Below, piece by piece: positions 1-8,772 of a stretch of 55,250 nt of DNA (position 1 is the stretch's first letter; every line of letters starts with the position of its first letter). The DNA comes from an uncultured Candidatus Saccharibacteria bacterium (GTDB lineage: Bacteria > Patescibacteriota > Minisyncoccia > Phycocordibacterales > UBA9973), in NCBI GenBank assembly GCA_964361705.1, contig CAYIBP010000005.1:1-55250 (forward strand). Direction: 5' to 3'. Under the pieces are notes generated by a model, which saw only the letters and a program-made list of their open reading frames with translations, did no database searches and was not told the origin of the DNA. The position numbers were made by a program, and so were the translations under genes.

Positions 1-53
1 ACCTACATCGCAAACTCCGCAAGCTCGCATTCTATCCATTGAACTATGAGGGC
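1..53 (-). tRNA. tRNA-Arg(GCG), 3' end truncated by window edge
   Basis: Reverse complement reads GCCCTCA TA GTTC AATGGATA GAAT G CGAGC TTGCGGA GTTTG CGATG TAGGT...: acceptor 5' strand, D arm, anticodon stem CGAGC/GTTTG with loop TT-GCG-GA. Confidence 0.88.
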
Positions 54-119
54 AATAAGTTATTATACTTAACATAAGAAGATTAGCAGTTTTTTATTAA
101 AAATTCAATTTTTAGAAAA

Positions 120-620
120 ATGACAAACCCTGAACTTAATCTAAATTTGCTACCAAGAAGAAAAAGAGGCAGAACCCCTCATGATCAAAAAAGAGAAATT
201 CCCGGGAAATCTAATCCGGACTTAATGGATTTATTAGATAACCCATATAGAAAGCCTTTAGAAGAAAAATATAAAATTACTTTTGGTAAAAACAACCGCA
301 TCACTTTGCCTCTAGCTATAATCAGAGGTGCTATGACATGGCTTTTACGAGAAACAGAAGCCAGAAACATTTTAATCCATAGAAAGGAAGGAGAAGCAAA
401 GATATACACTGTTATACCCTATGACAAAAGATTTTTAGATAATCCTAAATATCACCAAGCTCCTTTGATACAAACAAATACCAATATATATTTTTTAGTT
501 CCAAAACAACTTCGAGAAGAATTTAAAGACATGGGGAAAAGTTTAATCATACAACCAGACAAAACCAAAGGAACAGAAAACAAGGCAGAACCACTCATAG
601 AATCATTTGATATTTCATAA
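120..620 (+). CDS. Hypothetical protein, possibly two AbrB/SpoVT-like (MraZ-like) DNA-binding motifs
   Basis: 166-aa ORF; GKNNRITLPLAIIR and NIYFLVPKQLREEF resemble the AbrB-type xRIxLP/IPxxLR motif. Function is weak inference. Confidence 0.6.
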   Translation: MTNPELNLNLLPRRKRGRTPHDQKREIPGKSNPDLMDLLDNPYRKPLEEKYKITFGKNNRITLPLAIIRGAMTWLLRETEARNILIHRKEGEAKIYTVIPYDKRFLDNPKYHQAPLIQTNTNIYFLVPKQLREEFKDMGKSLIIQPDKTKGTENKAEPLIESFDIS

Positions 621-660
621 AAGACTTGCCTCGGTCTTCACCACATGTAGTGGTTAGGGC

Positions 661-688
661 TTGACAAAACAGTAAAAAAATGTAATCT
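661..688 (+). promoter_or_regulatory. Possible sigma70 promoter
   Basis: TTGACA (661-666), 16 nt, TAATCT (683-688). Confidence 0.4.
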
Positions 689-787
689 AAGCAAAGGTTT
701 TTCTAGGTTTTTACCTTACTAGATTACCCACGAGGTCTTGCCTAGTGGGCTAGACAAAAAGTCAGAAACATTACCTAGTACAGCCTC

Positions 788-816
788 TTGACTTTCAAAG
801 CCAAAGGTGCTATACT
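788..816 (+). promoter_or_regulatory. Sigma70 promoter with extended -10
   Basis: TTGACT (788-793), 17 nt, TATACT (811-816) preceded by TGc. Confidence 0.75.
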
Positions 817-848
817 ATACAAGTAAGTTAGCTAGTTCTTTAAAAATA

Positions 849-977
849 GTTGTTTTGCGAAAAGTGCTGATTTTAAAAGGAATTCACCTCTCCCCAGACC
901 CTCCTGTTTTTATTCCTCCCCTTCGGGGAGGCTAGGAGGGGTAAATTAATAAAAATAAGCCTTTTTCGCAAAACAAC
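849..977. repeat. Nested inverted-repeat element in the leader of the 1013 ORF
   Basis: GTTGTTTTGCGAAAA (849-863) / TTTTCGCAAAACAAC (963-977) perfect 15 bp; inner CCCTCCT/AGGAGGG (899-905/934-940) and CCTCCCC-TTC-GGGGAGG (915-931). Confidence 0.85.
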
Positions 978-1012
978 AAAACGCAGTTCATGCCAAAATG
1001 GAGGAAATTCCC

Positions 1013-1699
1013 ATGGCACGCTACACTACCGCTTTTTTTGTCGCCCTCGTGGCGATGATCACCTTCTGGGCGCCCGCCAACGCCCAGCCCACCTCTGCTC
1101 ATACACCCTACTCACCGGTCAACACAAAAGGCGCACCGGATCTATCTTCAATCATCATTCACACGGTGGCTGAAGTATTGGATCGGAAATCTCCAGCCGG
1201 CTTTTTTTCCATCGAAGTGTGGCGCGGTGAGGAGTACCAGAGGGTTTGTGTCGCGGAAACGACGCAAAGTTACTTCGGATTCTCTAGCCAAGGTAAAGAG
1301 AACGAAGGAGAGATTGAGGGGAACCGAATCGTAGCTTGTGGCAACGGCTGGAAAAAAAGCACGGCAAAACCGTGTTTAGACATCAGCCACACTGCCCCCG
1401 CTCACGTAACACTCGCGCCCACCTCCCGCACCGACACCTCCCGCGTCACTCGCCAACGCCCCATCGTGAAAAACATCACAAATGTTTATTACGGCACCGC
1501 TCGTCGTAGCACTCCCATCAGCACCGAACAACCGGATCAAGGATGGTCCACAGGTGAAAAGGTTTTGGCCGGAGTCGGTGCCACAGCCCTAGCTGTTGGA
1601 TCATACTTTGGGTTAAAGGCACTTTTCAGAGGCAACGACGACGGCTCTTCGCGCAAAATCATTGACGAACGTGTAGGAGGCGGCAACACCCATCCGTAG
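1013..1699 (+). CDS. Secreted/exported hypothetical protein
   Basis: Signal peptide MARYTTAFFVALVAMITFWAPANA; GGAGGA Shine-Dalgarno (1000-1005) favours ATG 1013 over 998; hydrophobic Gly/Ala segment near C terminus. Confidence 0.75.
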   Translation: MARYTTAFFVALVAMITFWAPANAQPTSAHTPYSPVNTKGAPDLSSIIIHTVAEVLDRKSPAGFFSIEVWRGEEYQRVCVAETTQSYFGFSSQGKENEGEIEGNRIVACGNGWKKSTAKPCLDISHTAPAHVTLAPTSRTDTSRVTRQRPIVKNITNVYYGTARRSTPISTEQPDQGWSTGEKVLAGVGATALAVGSYFGLKALFRGNDDGSSRKIIDERVGGGNTHP

Positions 1700-1758
1700 T
1701 CTTTTTGCCAAGACGGCAAAAAATTTCGGAGAAGAGAAGAGAAAGCAATTTTCATTCT

Positions 1759-1899
1759 TGTCTTCTCCACTCTTCAAAGTCATTAAAAAAGTTTGATGAT
1801 TTTGAAGAGTAAAAGAGATTTTACTTTAAATCCCGTGATAAATTGAAAATTTATTTTACGGGAAACAGTCGATTATCAGAATACTCTGTCGAGAAGACA
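1759..1899 (+). other. Multibranched structured leader/element upstream of the large surface protein
   Basis: TGTCTTCTC/GAGAAGACA (1759-1767/1891-1899) encloses a 19-bp stem (1769-1787/1792-1810, two G-U), an 8-bp stem (1831-1838/1856-1863, one G-U) and CAGA/TCTG. Confidence 0.7.
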
Positions 1900-1915
1900 G
1901 AAAAAATTAAAAATT

Positions 1916-4900
1916 ATGAAAAAATTATTAACATCGTTTTTGTTTACATTTGCTCTACTTGTAGGGCTATTTGGTGGTTTCACCAACAAGGTCGAAGCAC
2001 AGTATGCTGTGCCAGATTGTGATAAAGCAGAACTTGCAGGTGTAGTAACAGGCATGGATGCAAAAACCACATTCATACAGTTTGAGTATTGGACAACACA
2101 AAATCCAAACAAGATTCTTACTACTGGTAAGTGGTACGATAAATTGCATTCTGTTGATCACAGAGAAACCATAACTGGTTTATCTTCAAACACCACATAT
2201 TCTTTTAGAACAAAAGCAAGATATTGGGATCTTGAAATACTATACGGAAACGGAGGTACTTTCAAAACCCCATCTTGTCCCCTACCTACAGTAAACATGA
2301 AGGTAAACGGACAGGACACTGCGTTCATTCAAAAAGGAGGAACAGCTACTTTGACTTGGACTTCTACTCCGAGCGCTGGCAACAGTTGTACTTTGTATTA
2401 CGATGGCAATAATGTTTTCGTAAATCCAAGCTCAACCGGTTACCAAGTAGGTCCGATAAACAAAGACACCACATTCACTATCAGGTGTTACAACGGCACC
2501 GGCTCTGGAGATGGTTCTGTTTCTGCAAAAGTAAATCAACCTATAGTTAACCCGACTGTTAATATATCTCTTGATAATCCAAATCTATCTTACAATGGCT
2601 CAACGATTATTCGCTGGACATCTACAAACGCCACATCTTGTACTGCAAGTGGTAATTGGTCTGGAAACAAATCAACTTCTGGCAGTGAAAGTACTGGCAA
2701 TTTGACTAGTACAAAAACTTACAATATTACTTGTAGCGGACAGTCAGGTACAGTGTCAGCAAATGATTCTGTAACTGTAAATGTCGCTAATCAGCCAGCA
2801 AATCCTACTTTAAACTTCTACTCAAATGCTAATAATAATCAAGTAGCTTCTGGTGGATCATTTGATCTAAAATGGTCAACAAAAAATGCAACTTCTTGTA
2901 ACTCAAGTTCAAGTCAAAATGACTGGAATGGTGGAAGAAGGGTGGACAACAACAACACTGTTGTTTATACAATAAATAACTTTACTAGAAACACTACATA
3001 TACAATGACTTGTAACGGAGGAGCAGGAACGACTGATGTCACAAAATCAGTCAGTGTATATTTGCAATCACAACAGAATCCCATAGCTCCTACGGCTACA
3101 TTGACAGCAAGCCCTTCTGTTGTTACAAAAGGCACAAACAATAATTACACATACCTTACTTGGAATTCAAACAACGCTACGACTTGTTCTCTATCTTGGA
3201 CAAACAGCAATGCTACCTCAGGATCAACTTTGGTTTATCCTACTACTACCCCATCTCAGACATATTCCATAACATGTACAGGTAATGGTGGCAGTATCAC
3301 AGCGAATACTACAGTCACAGTAAACAATGTAACCACTCAAGCACCGACTGTCACTTTGACAGCGAGTGATTCAAATATAAATCAAGGTGAAAGTTCAACT
3401 CTTTCTTGGAGTTCAAATGCAAACTCTTGTACTAATTCTTGGAATTCAGACAATGGTGCTTCAGGTTCTACTACTGTGTATCCTACTGCCACAAGAACAT
3501 ACACCGTTACTTGTACAAATGAAGGTGGTTCTACTACAAGAACCGTTACGGTTAATGTAAATAGCAATCAAAACAATAACGATGTATATGTCAGCACAAA
3601 CAGTGCAGGAAGTATCGGTAATAATTACGCAACACTAAATGGTTATGTAAGTTCAAATGGCAACGGCGACGCGATGGCTTGGTTTGAATACGGCACAAGC
3701 TCTTCTAATTACAATCGTACTTCAAGCCAAATAAATCGTGGCAATACAAACGGCGCGAATTACAGCTATTATGCTGATAACCTTTCTTCAAACACTACAT
3801 ATTATTTCCGCGCAGTGGCAAGAAATGCTAGTGGCGTAGAAAAGCGTGGTACAGAATATTCATTTACGACAACAAACAGTGGTAGTGGATGCACAAGCAA
3901 TTGTAATAACAATGCCTATGTAACCACACAATCCGCAACAATAGGCACAAATGGCACGACTGCAACACTCAATGGCTATCTTAATACAGACGGCAATTAC
4001 TTCAGAATAAAATGGTTTGAGTATGGAGTAGGTAACAACACTAATATAAAGAAAGATGATATATCACACTACAGTTATTCTTCTGGTAACTTTAGCGATA
4101 CGCTGACAAATCTTAGTCCAAACACCATGTACTCTTATAGAGCTGTAGCCGAAAATGCAAACAGCCAGAGAATATACGGTAATACTTTACAATTCACGAC
4201 TCCAACTACAAGCACTTCTGTAAACAATCCTTGTGCAAATAGTTCTTGCGCGGCAGTTACGACCTTTGCTACAAGCATAGGCAGTACAAGCGGAAAATTA
4301 AACGGCCTAGGATTATCAAATAGTGCGATAAGCACTACTGGACAGTTTGAATGGGGTATAAGCGAATCAGATGTCGCAAATGGTCAGGGTATCAAGACCG
4401 GCGAACAGAACATCGGCAACGATATTAGGAATTCTTTCAGTGAAAGCATCTTTAGTCTCGCATCAAATAAAACTTATTATTACAGAGCTGTCACAAAGAA
4501 CGCATACGGCACATATCGTGGTGAAGTAGTATCTTTCAGAACAAATAGTTCTAGTACAAGCAACAGTACAACAAACAATACTACTAACAACACGACAAAC
4601 AATGTAAGCAACGGCACTTCCCGTCCATCTCTTATAGCGCTAACAGTAAGTCGTGATGGAGAAACAATCAGACGCAAAGACACTCTTGAATACATAATAA
4701 ACTACAGAAATATATCTTCTAGCAGAAGCTTAAAGAATGTAATACTTCAAGTAGCTATTCCAAAAGACTTGGAATTTGTAGAAGCAAGTCGTGGTGTGTT
4801 CTCTAAAGACGACAACATACTTGTAGCAAATATCGGCAACCTAGCTCCACAAGAAGAAGGTACTGTGCGAATGAGAGTAAAAGTCTCTGGTGATGCTGAC

Positions 4901-5191
4901 CTAAACAAAACCATTGTGGTCTCTGCAAATATGGCCTATACTATGGTTGATAATAATACTCAAGAAGAAGTGTTTGCTTATTCTACAAACATGACAAGCG
5001 ATACAAGCAGTGGCTCTCAATTCGGAGCATTGGCATTCTTGGGAGGCGATGGATTCTTGCCAGGCACTATGCTTGGATGGTTGATACTTATATTGCTTGG
5101 CACATTGCTTGTGCTTGCTGTCAAAAAAGCATATAAAGGTCCGTCAAACGGAACAACCAACGCTTCAAACATACACAACCTACCTCATTAA
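1916..5191 (+). CDS. Large membrane-anchored surface protein (FN3-like and PKD/Ig-like repeats, DUF11-like domain)
   Basis: Signal peptide; repeats such as TLTWTST..ATSC and ATLNG..WFEYG..LSSNTTYYFRA; LEYIINYRN..KNVILQVAIP..IGNLAPQEEG (DUF11-like); C-terminal TM helix; Asn/Ser/Thr rich. Confidence 0.85.
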   Translation: MKKLLTSFLFTFALLVGLFGGFTNKVEAQYAVPDCDKAELAGVVTGMDAKTTFIQFEYWTTQNPNKILTTGKWYDKLHSVDHRETITGLSSNTTYSFRTKARYWDLEILYGNGGTFKTPSCPLPTVNMKVNGQDTAFIQKGGTATLTWTSTPSAGNSCTLYYDGNNVFVNPSSTGYQVGPINKDTTFTIRCYNGTGSGDGSVSAKVNQPIVNPTVNISLDNPNLSYNGSTIIRWTSTNATSCTASGNWSGNKSTSGSESTGNLTSTKTYNITCSGQSGTVSANDSVTVNVANQPANPTLNFYSNANNNQVASGGSFDLKWSTKNATSCNSSSSQNDWNGGRRVDNNNTVVYTINNFTRNTTYTMTCNGGAGTTDVTKSVSVYLQSQQNPIAPTATLTASPSVVTKGTNNNYTYLTWNSNNATTCSLSWTNSNATSGSTLVYPTTTPSQTYSITCTGNGGSITANTTVTVNNVTTQAPTVTLTASDSNINQGESSTLSWSSNANSCTNSWNSDNGASGSTTVYPTATRTYTVTCTNEGGSTTRTVTVNVNSNQNNNDVYVSTNSAGSIGNNYATLNGYVSSNGNGDAMAWFEYGTSSSNYNRTSSQINRGNTNGANYSYYADNLSSNTTYYFRAVARNASGVEKRGTEYSFTTTNSGSGCTSNCNNNAYVTTQSATIGTNGTTATLNGYLNTDGNYFRIKWFEYGVGNNTNIKKDDISHYSYSSGNFSDTLTNLSPNTMYSYRAVAENANSQRIYGNTLQFTTPTTSTSVNNPCANSSCAAVTTFATSIGSTSGKLNGLGLSNSAISTTGQFEWGISESDVANGQGIKTGEQNIGNDIRNSFSESIFSLASNKTYYYRAVTKNAYGTYRGEVVSFRTNSSSTSNSTTNNTTNNTTNNVSNGTSRPSLIALTVSRDGETIRRKDTLEYIINYRNISSSRSLKNVILQVAIPKDLEFVEASRGVFSKDDNILVANIGNLAPQEEGTVRMRVKVSGDADLNKTIVVSANMAYTMVDNNTQEEVFAYSTNMTSDTSSGSQFGALAFLGGDGFLPGTMLGWLILILLGTLLVLAVKKAYKGPSNGTTNASNIHNLPH

Positions 5192-5204
5192 TATCTAACA
5201 AAAG

Positions 5205-5244
5205 AAAAATCACCCTAAGAAAACCAAGGGGTGATTTTTGTTTT
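5205..5244 (+). terminator. Intrinsic terminator
   Basis: AAAAATCACCC/GGGTGATTTTT stem followed by a T-rich tail, just after the surface-protein stop. Confidence 0.75.
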
Positions 5245-5265
5245 GAATGCTATACTAAAAAAACC

Positions 5266-6003
5266 ATGAAAGACGAATATCCTATGAGGATAAATAAATA
5301 TTTGGCGCAACAAAGTATCTCTACACGCAGAGGTGCTGACGAATTAATATTGCATAAAAAAGTATTTATCAATGGCAAATTGGCGGTGTTGGGCAGTAAG
5401 GTAAATGAAAAAGATAAAGTAGAAGTGAAAGAAAAAGTGTCCGAAAAGAAACATTATCTCTATTTTGCATACAATAAACCTATGGGAGTGATCACACACT
5501 CGCCTCAAGAAAAGGAGCATGACATAAAAGAAACTCTAAAAACAAATTTAGTATCAAGAGGCGTCCTTGATACTATTTTCCCCATTGGCAGACTAGACAA
5601 GGATTCGCATGGATTGATTATTCTGACAAACGATGGACGAATCACAGACAAACTTTTAAACCCAAAATACATTCATGAAAAGGAATATCTGGTAAAAACA
5701 TCAAACAAACTCCGCTCAAACTTTAAACAAAAAATGGAGGACGGTGTAAATATAGAAGGTTATATGACCAAGAAATGTAAAGTCTCGATAATCAATAGTC
5801 ACACATTTAGAATAGTGCTTACCGAAGGAAAGAAACATCAGATCAGACGTATGTGTTCTGCCCTATTCCAAGAAGTTGCTGATTTAAAAAGAGAAAGAAT
5901 CATGAACATCAGATTAGGTAATCTAAAACCTAATGATATTAAAGAAATAAAAGGAAAAGAGCTAGAAGAATTTTTGGGTTCCTTACAACATAAAGTCGTA
6001 TAG
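5266..6003 (+). CDS. rRNA pseudouridine synthase, RsuA/RluB/RluF family
   Basis: S4 domain RINKYLA..STRRGAD; catalytic GRLDKDSHGL; LTEGKKHQIRRM. Confidence 0.95.
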   Translation: MKDEYPMRINKYLAQQSISTRRGADELILHKKVFINGKLAVLGSKVNEKDKVEVKEKVSEKKHYLYFAYNKPMGVITHSPQEKEHDIKETLKTNLVSRGVLDTIFPIGRLDKDSHGLIILTNDGRITDKLLNPKYIHEKEYLVKTSNKLRSNFKQKMEDGVNIEGYMTKKCKVSIINSHTFRIVLTEGKKHQIRRMCSALFQEVADLKRERIMNIRLGNLKPNDIKEIKGKELEEFLGSLQHKVV

Positions 6004-6151
6004 TTTGAAAGGAAAACCTATCACCCACAGCACATCGCCAAGAAAAACCCAATTTCTTTTCTTGCAATAATCTTTCATTCTCTTAAAAAGAATAGCGAGA
6101 AGCATGTATGGCAAGAATATAAAAGATATAAACATCTTTACAAACATGGAT

Positions 6152-6403
6152 TTATTTTACTAGTCTTGATAAACGAGACTTCTTACGAGAAGCGTTGTTT
6201 TTCTTTATAACGCCCTTTTTTGCAGTTTTATCTATAATAGCGTAAGCAGAAGACAAAAGTTCTTGTGCTTTTGATTTGTCTGTCTTAGCGAGTTTCTGGA
6301 TTTTCTTTATAACATCTTTCATCGCATGTTTTTGGCGATCATTAAAAGCCTTCTTGCGAAGAGAACTTCTGATGGCTTTTTTAGCTGATTTGATTATTGG
6401 CAT
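6152..6403 (-). CDS. rpsT: 30S ribosomal protein S20
   Basis: MPIIKSAKKAIR...IDKTAKKGVIKKNNASRKKSRL. Confidence 0.97.
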   Translation of the reverse strand: MPIIKSAKKAIRSSLRKKAFNDRQKHAMKDVIKKIQKLAKTDKSKAQELLSSAYAIIDKTAKKGVIKKNNASRKKSRLSRLVK

Positions 6404-6463
6404 ATGTGCAATCTAACACGGAACTCATAAAAAGGCAAATATTTATATGTTATAATCAACCTT

Positions 6464-7054
6464 ATGATAGGTAGTATAAAAGGCACTATAATATGGAAAA
6501 ATGACAGATTTGTGATAGTTGAGACAGCCGGTGTGGGATACAAAATCAGTGTATCTGTTGACACGATATCTCGTTTGGCCTCTCGATCAGACTCAGGACA
6601 GAAACAAACAAGCGAGCCTGTTAGTTTCTGGATACATACACATATACGTGAAGACGCTTTTGATCTATACGGATTCCTAGAACACGAAGAATTGGAATTT
6701 TTTGAGATGCTGATAAGTGTCTCGGGTATAGGACCAAAAGGTGCTTTAAATATTTTGAGCGTGGCATCTTTAGATACATTAAAGGGTGCCATAGGCACTG
6801 GAGATACGGCGTATCTGACCAAAGTTTCAGGCATAGGTAGAAAAACTGCAGAGAAGATAGTGCTGGAGCTACGTGACAAACTAAAATCAGACAAAACCGA
6901 ATCTTCCTTGCAAGGCGAAATGGATGCATTAGAAGCACTTAAATCTTTAGGTTATTCCCAAAATGAAGCGCGTGATGCCCTTAAAAAAATACCTACCATC
7001 TTAGATACAAATGCAAAGATAAAAGCAGCGTTAAAAATGTTGAGCAATAAATAA
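6464..7054 (+). CDS. ruvA: Holliday junction branch migration protein RuvA
   Basis: MIGSIKG, GVGYKI, HIREDAFDLYGF, HhH motifs VSGIGPK and VSGIGRKTAEKIVLELRDK, ALKSLGY. Confidence 0.97.
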   Translation: MIGSIKGTIIWKNDRFVIVETAGVGYKISVSVDTISRLASRSDSGQKQTSEPVSFWIHTHIREDAFDLYGFLEHEELEFFEMLISVSGIGPKGALNILSVASLDTLKGAIGTGDTAYLTKVSGIGRKTAEKIVLELRDKLKSDKTESSLQGEMDALEALKSLGYSQNEARDALKKIPTILDTNAKIKAALKMLSNK

Positions 7055-7978
7055 ATGCCCGAACTGCCAGAAGTAGAAACCACCACCAGAGGTATCAGAG
7101 AAAAAGCTTTGGGATTAAAAATCAAAGAAGTTTGGACTGATCTTGATACTAAAGACAAAAGAAAACACGACACTGTCGCTAACAGTAAGTTTTTTGCCCA
7201 TTTTAAAAAAGAAGTAACAGACAAGAAAATAATTTCAGTAGAGAGGATGGCAAAGAATATACTGGTACATTTATCCGGCAATAAGACTATTTTGATCCAC
7301 CTGAAAATGACTGGGCATATAATGTATGGCAAATATATTTTCAAAAAAACTCAAAACAAATGGGAATCAGCAGAAGATGGCCCACTCAAAGACCCTTTCA
7401 ATAGATTCATACACTTGGTATTCACCCTTTCAAATAGCAAACATCTGGTGATGTCAGATACGCGAAAGTTCGGCAAAATCACTGTCTTTGACACAGATAA
7501 AGAGAACAGACATCTGCAAAATATCGGCCCAGAACCACTGGCAAAAGATTTTACTTTAGAAAAACTGATAGGGAGACTAAACAAAAAATCAAAAGGCCAC
7601 CGCCAAAGCGGGGTAAACAAAATAAAAACAGTACTGATGGATCAAGGTGTGATAGCCGGTATAGGCAACATTTATTCTGATGAAATACTCTGGCGCGCAG
7701 GAGTGAATCCAGAACGGTATGTAAAAACATTAATACCCCAAGAATTCGTACTGATACATAAAGCAATAAAAGAACTCCTAAAGAAAGGCATAGACTTTGG
7801 CGGAGATTCTATGTCAGACTATAGGAACATAAATGGCGAAAGAGGTAAATTTCAGCTACACCACGAAGCCTACAGACGCACAGGCGAAAAATGCAGAAAG
7901 AAAGGTTGCAAAGGAGCAATACAAAGAAAAGTCATAAACAGCCGCAGCGCGCATTTTTGCGACAGGCATCAGAGATAA
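7055..7978 (+). CDS. mutM: Formamidopyrimidine-DNA glycosylase
   Basis: MPELPEVET N terminus, HLKMTG, DTRKFG, AGIGNIYSDEIL, C-terminal zinc finger. Confidence 0.97.
   Translation: MPELPEVETTTRGIREKALGLKIKEVWTDLDTKDKRKHDTVANSKFFAHFKKEVTDKKIISVERMAKNILVHLSGNKTILIHLKMTGHIMYGKYIFKKTQNKWESAEDGPLKDPFNRFIHLVFTLSNSKHLVMSDTRKFGKITVFDTDKENRHLQNIGPEPLAKDFTLEKLIGRLNKKSKGHRQSGVNKIKTVLMDQGVIAGIGNIYSDEILWRAGVNPERYVKTLIPQEFVLIHKAIKELLKKGIDFGGDSMSDYRNINGERGKFQLHHEAYRRTGEKCRKKGCKGAIQRKVINSRSAHFCDRHQR
7598..7618 (+). repeat. 21-bp REP-like mini-hairpin in frame in mutM
   Basis: CACCGCCAAAGCGGGGTAAAC (HRQSGVN); 17/21 identical to the copy at 12627-12647. Confidence 0.65.
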
Positions 7979-8455
7979 TTAAATATTCAGGATCCGAAAT
8001 AAAGCCACGCCTGTGGCTACAGACACATTCAGCGATTCCTTTTTGCCTCGCATCGGAATCTCGGCTATTATGTCGCACTGTTTTAAAATGCTTTTTTCTA
8101 TACCTGTCACTTCTGTGCCGACGATAAAGACATTCCTGTTTTTGGGTTTTACTTTTTTATAATCCACTGAATTTTTGTCTTGCTCTATACCTATGATATA
8201 AAAACCTTCTTTTTTCAATCTTTCGAGTACTGGTTTTATAGTTTTCTTCTGCTCCCACGGCACGGATTCTTCCGCACCAAGGGCAGACTTTGCCAAATCC
8301 CCCCTTTTCCTGCCGAATCTATCCAGTGGCGCAGGTGTATAGCCTGTAATGTATATTTTATCTATACCCACAGCATCCGCGGTGCGAAACATCGCTCCGA
8401 CATTTTCCACGCTTCTGATATTGTGCAGTATTAAAATGTTTTGTTGGTTTTTCAT
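7979..8455 (-). CDS. SpoU/TrmH family RNA methyltransferase
   Basis: IRSVENVGAMFRTADA, GTEVTGI, IPMRGKKESLNVSVA (SPOUT motifs). Confidence 0.93.
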   Translation of the reverse strand: MKNQQNILILHNIRSVENVGAMFRTADAVGIDKIYITGYTPAPLDRFGRKRGDLAKSALGAEESVPWEQKKTIKPVLERLKKEGFYIIGIEQDKNSVDYKKVKPKNRNVFIVGTEVTGIEKSILKQCDIIAEIPMRGKKESLNVSVATGVALFRILNI

Positions 8456-8742
8456 ATTAATTGTGAATTAATTCTGCTTTTTAATTCTAAAATAATTTCT
8501 TCTACTACTTCTTTGGGATGACTACTGTAAATCGAACCATCTTTATTAATGGAAAGAAATGGTCCTGGGTATTCTGGATCGGGATATCTAATATCTTGAA
8601 TAAGATAACCACCATTTTTTCTTTTTTCAATTAATGGTTTTTCTATTTGTTGTTTTTCAAATTCATCAGCCCAATACTGAAGAAAATCCATTGTTTCTTC
8701 GGTGTTTTCTATAAATATTTTTTTAGACCTAGATTCGAACAT
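8452..8742 (-). CDS. Hypothetical protein
   Basis: 96-aa ORF overlapping the next gene by 4 nt within the uvr operon. Confidence 0.65.
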   Translation of the reverse strand: MFESRSKKIFIENTEETMDFLQYWADEFEKQQIEKPLIEKRKNGGYLIQDIRYPDPEYPGPFLSINKDGSIYSSHPKEVVEEIILELKSRINSQLI

Positions 8743-8772
8743 ATTTAAGAGTAATTTATTAAAATTTTATTA

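Noticed and set aside
638-655. CACCACATGTAGTGGT, resembling an NrdR box
   Set aside because: Single copy with no nucleotide-reduction gene adjacent; cannot be supported.
4545-4615. AACAA-rich tandem-like repeats
   Set aside because: Encodes the NSTT/NNTT protein linker; not a CRISPR array or regulatory repeat. No CRISPR array or cas gene was seen in the window.
6004-6151. Possible hairpin between the pseudouridine synthase gene and rpsT (TTCTTGC/GCAAGAA)
   Set aside because: A 7-bp match in AT-rich sequence is expected by chance.
6568-6617. Short extra peptide in RuvA bounded by CTCGTTTG/CAAGCGAG
   Set aside because: Only 8 bp with a wobble; too weak to call as a palindromic element.
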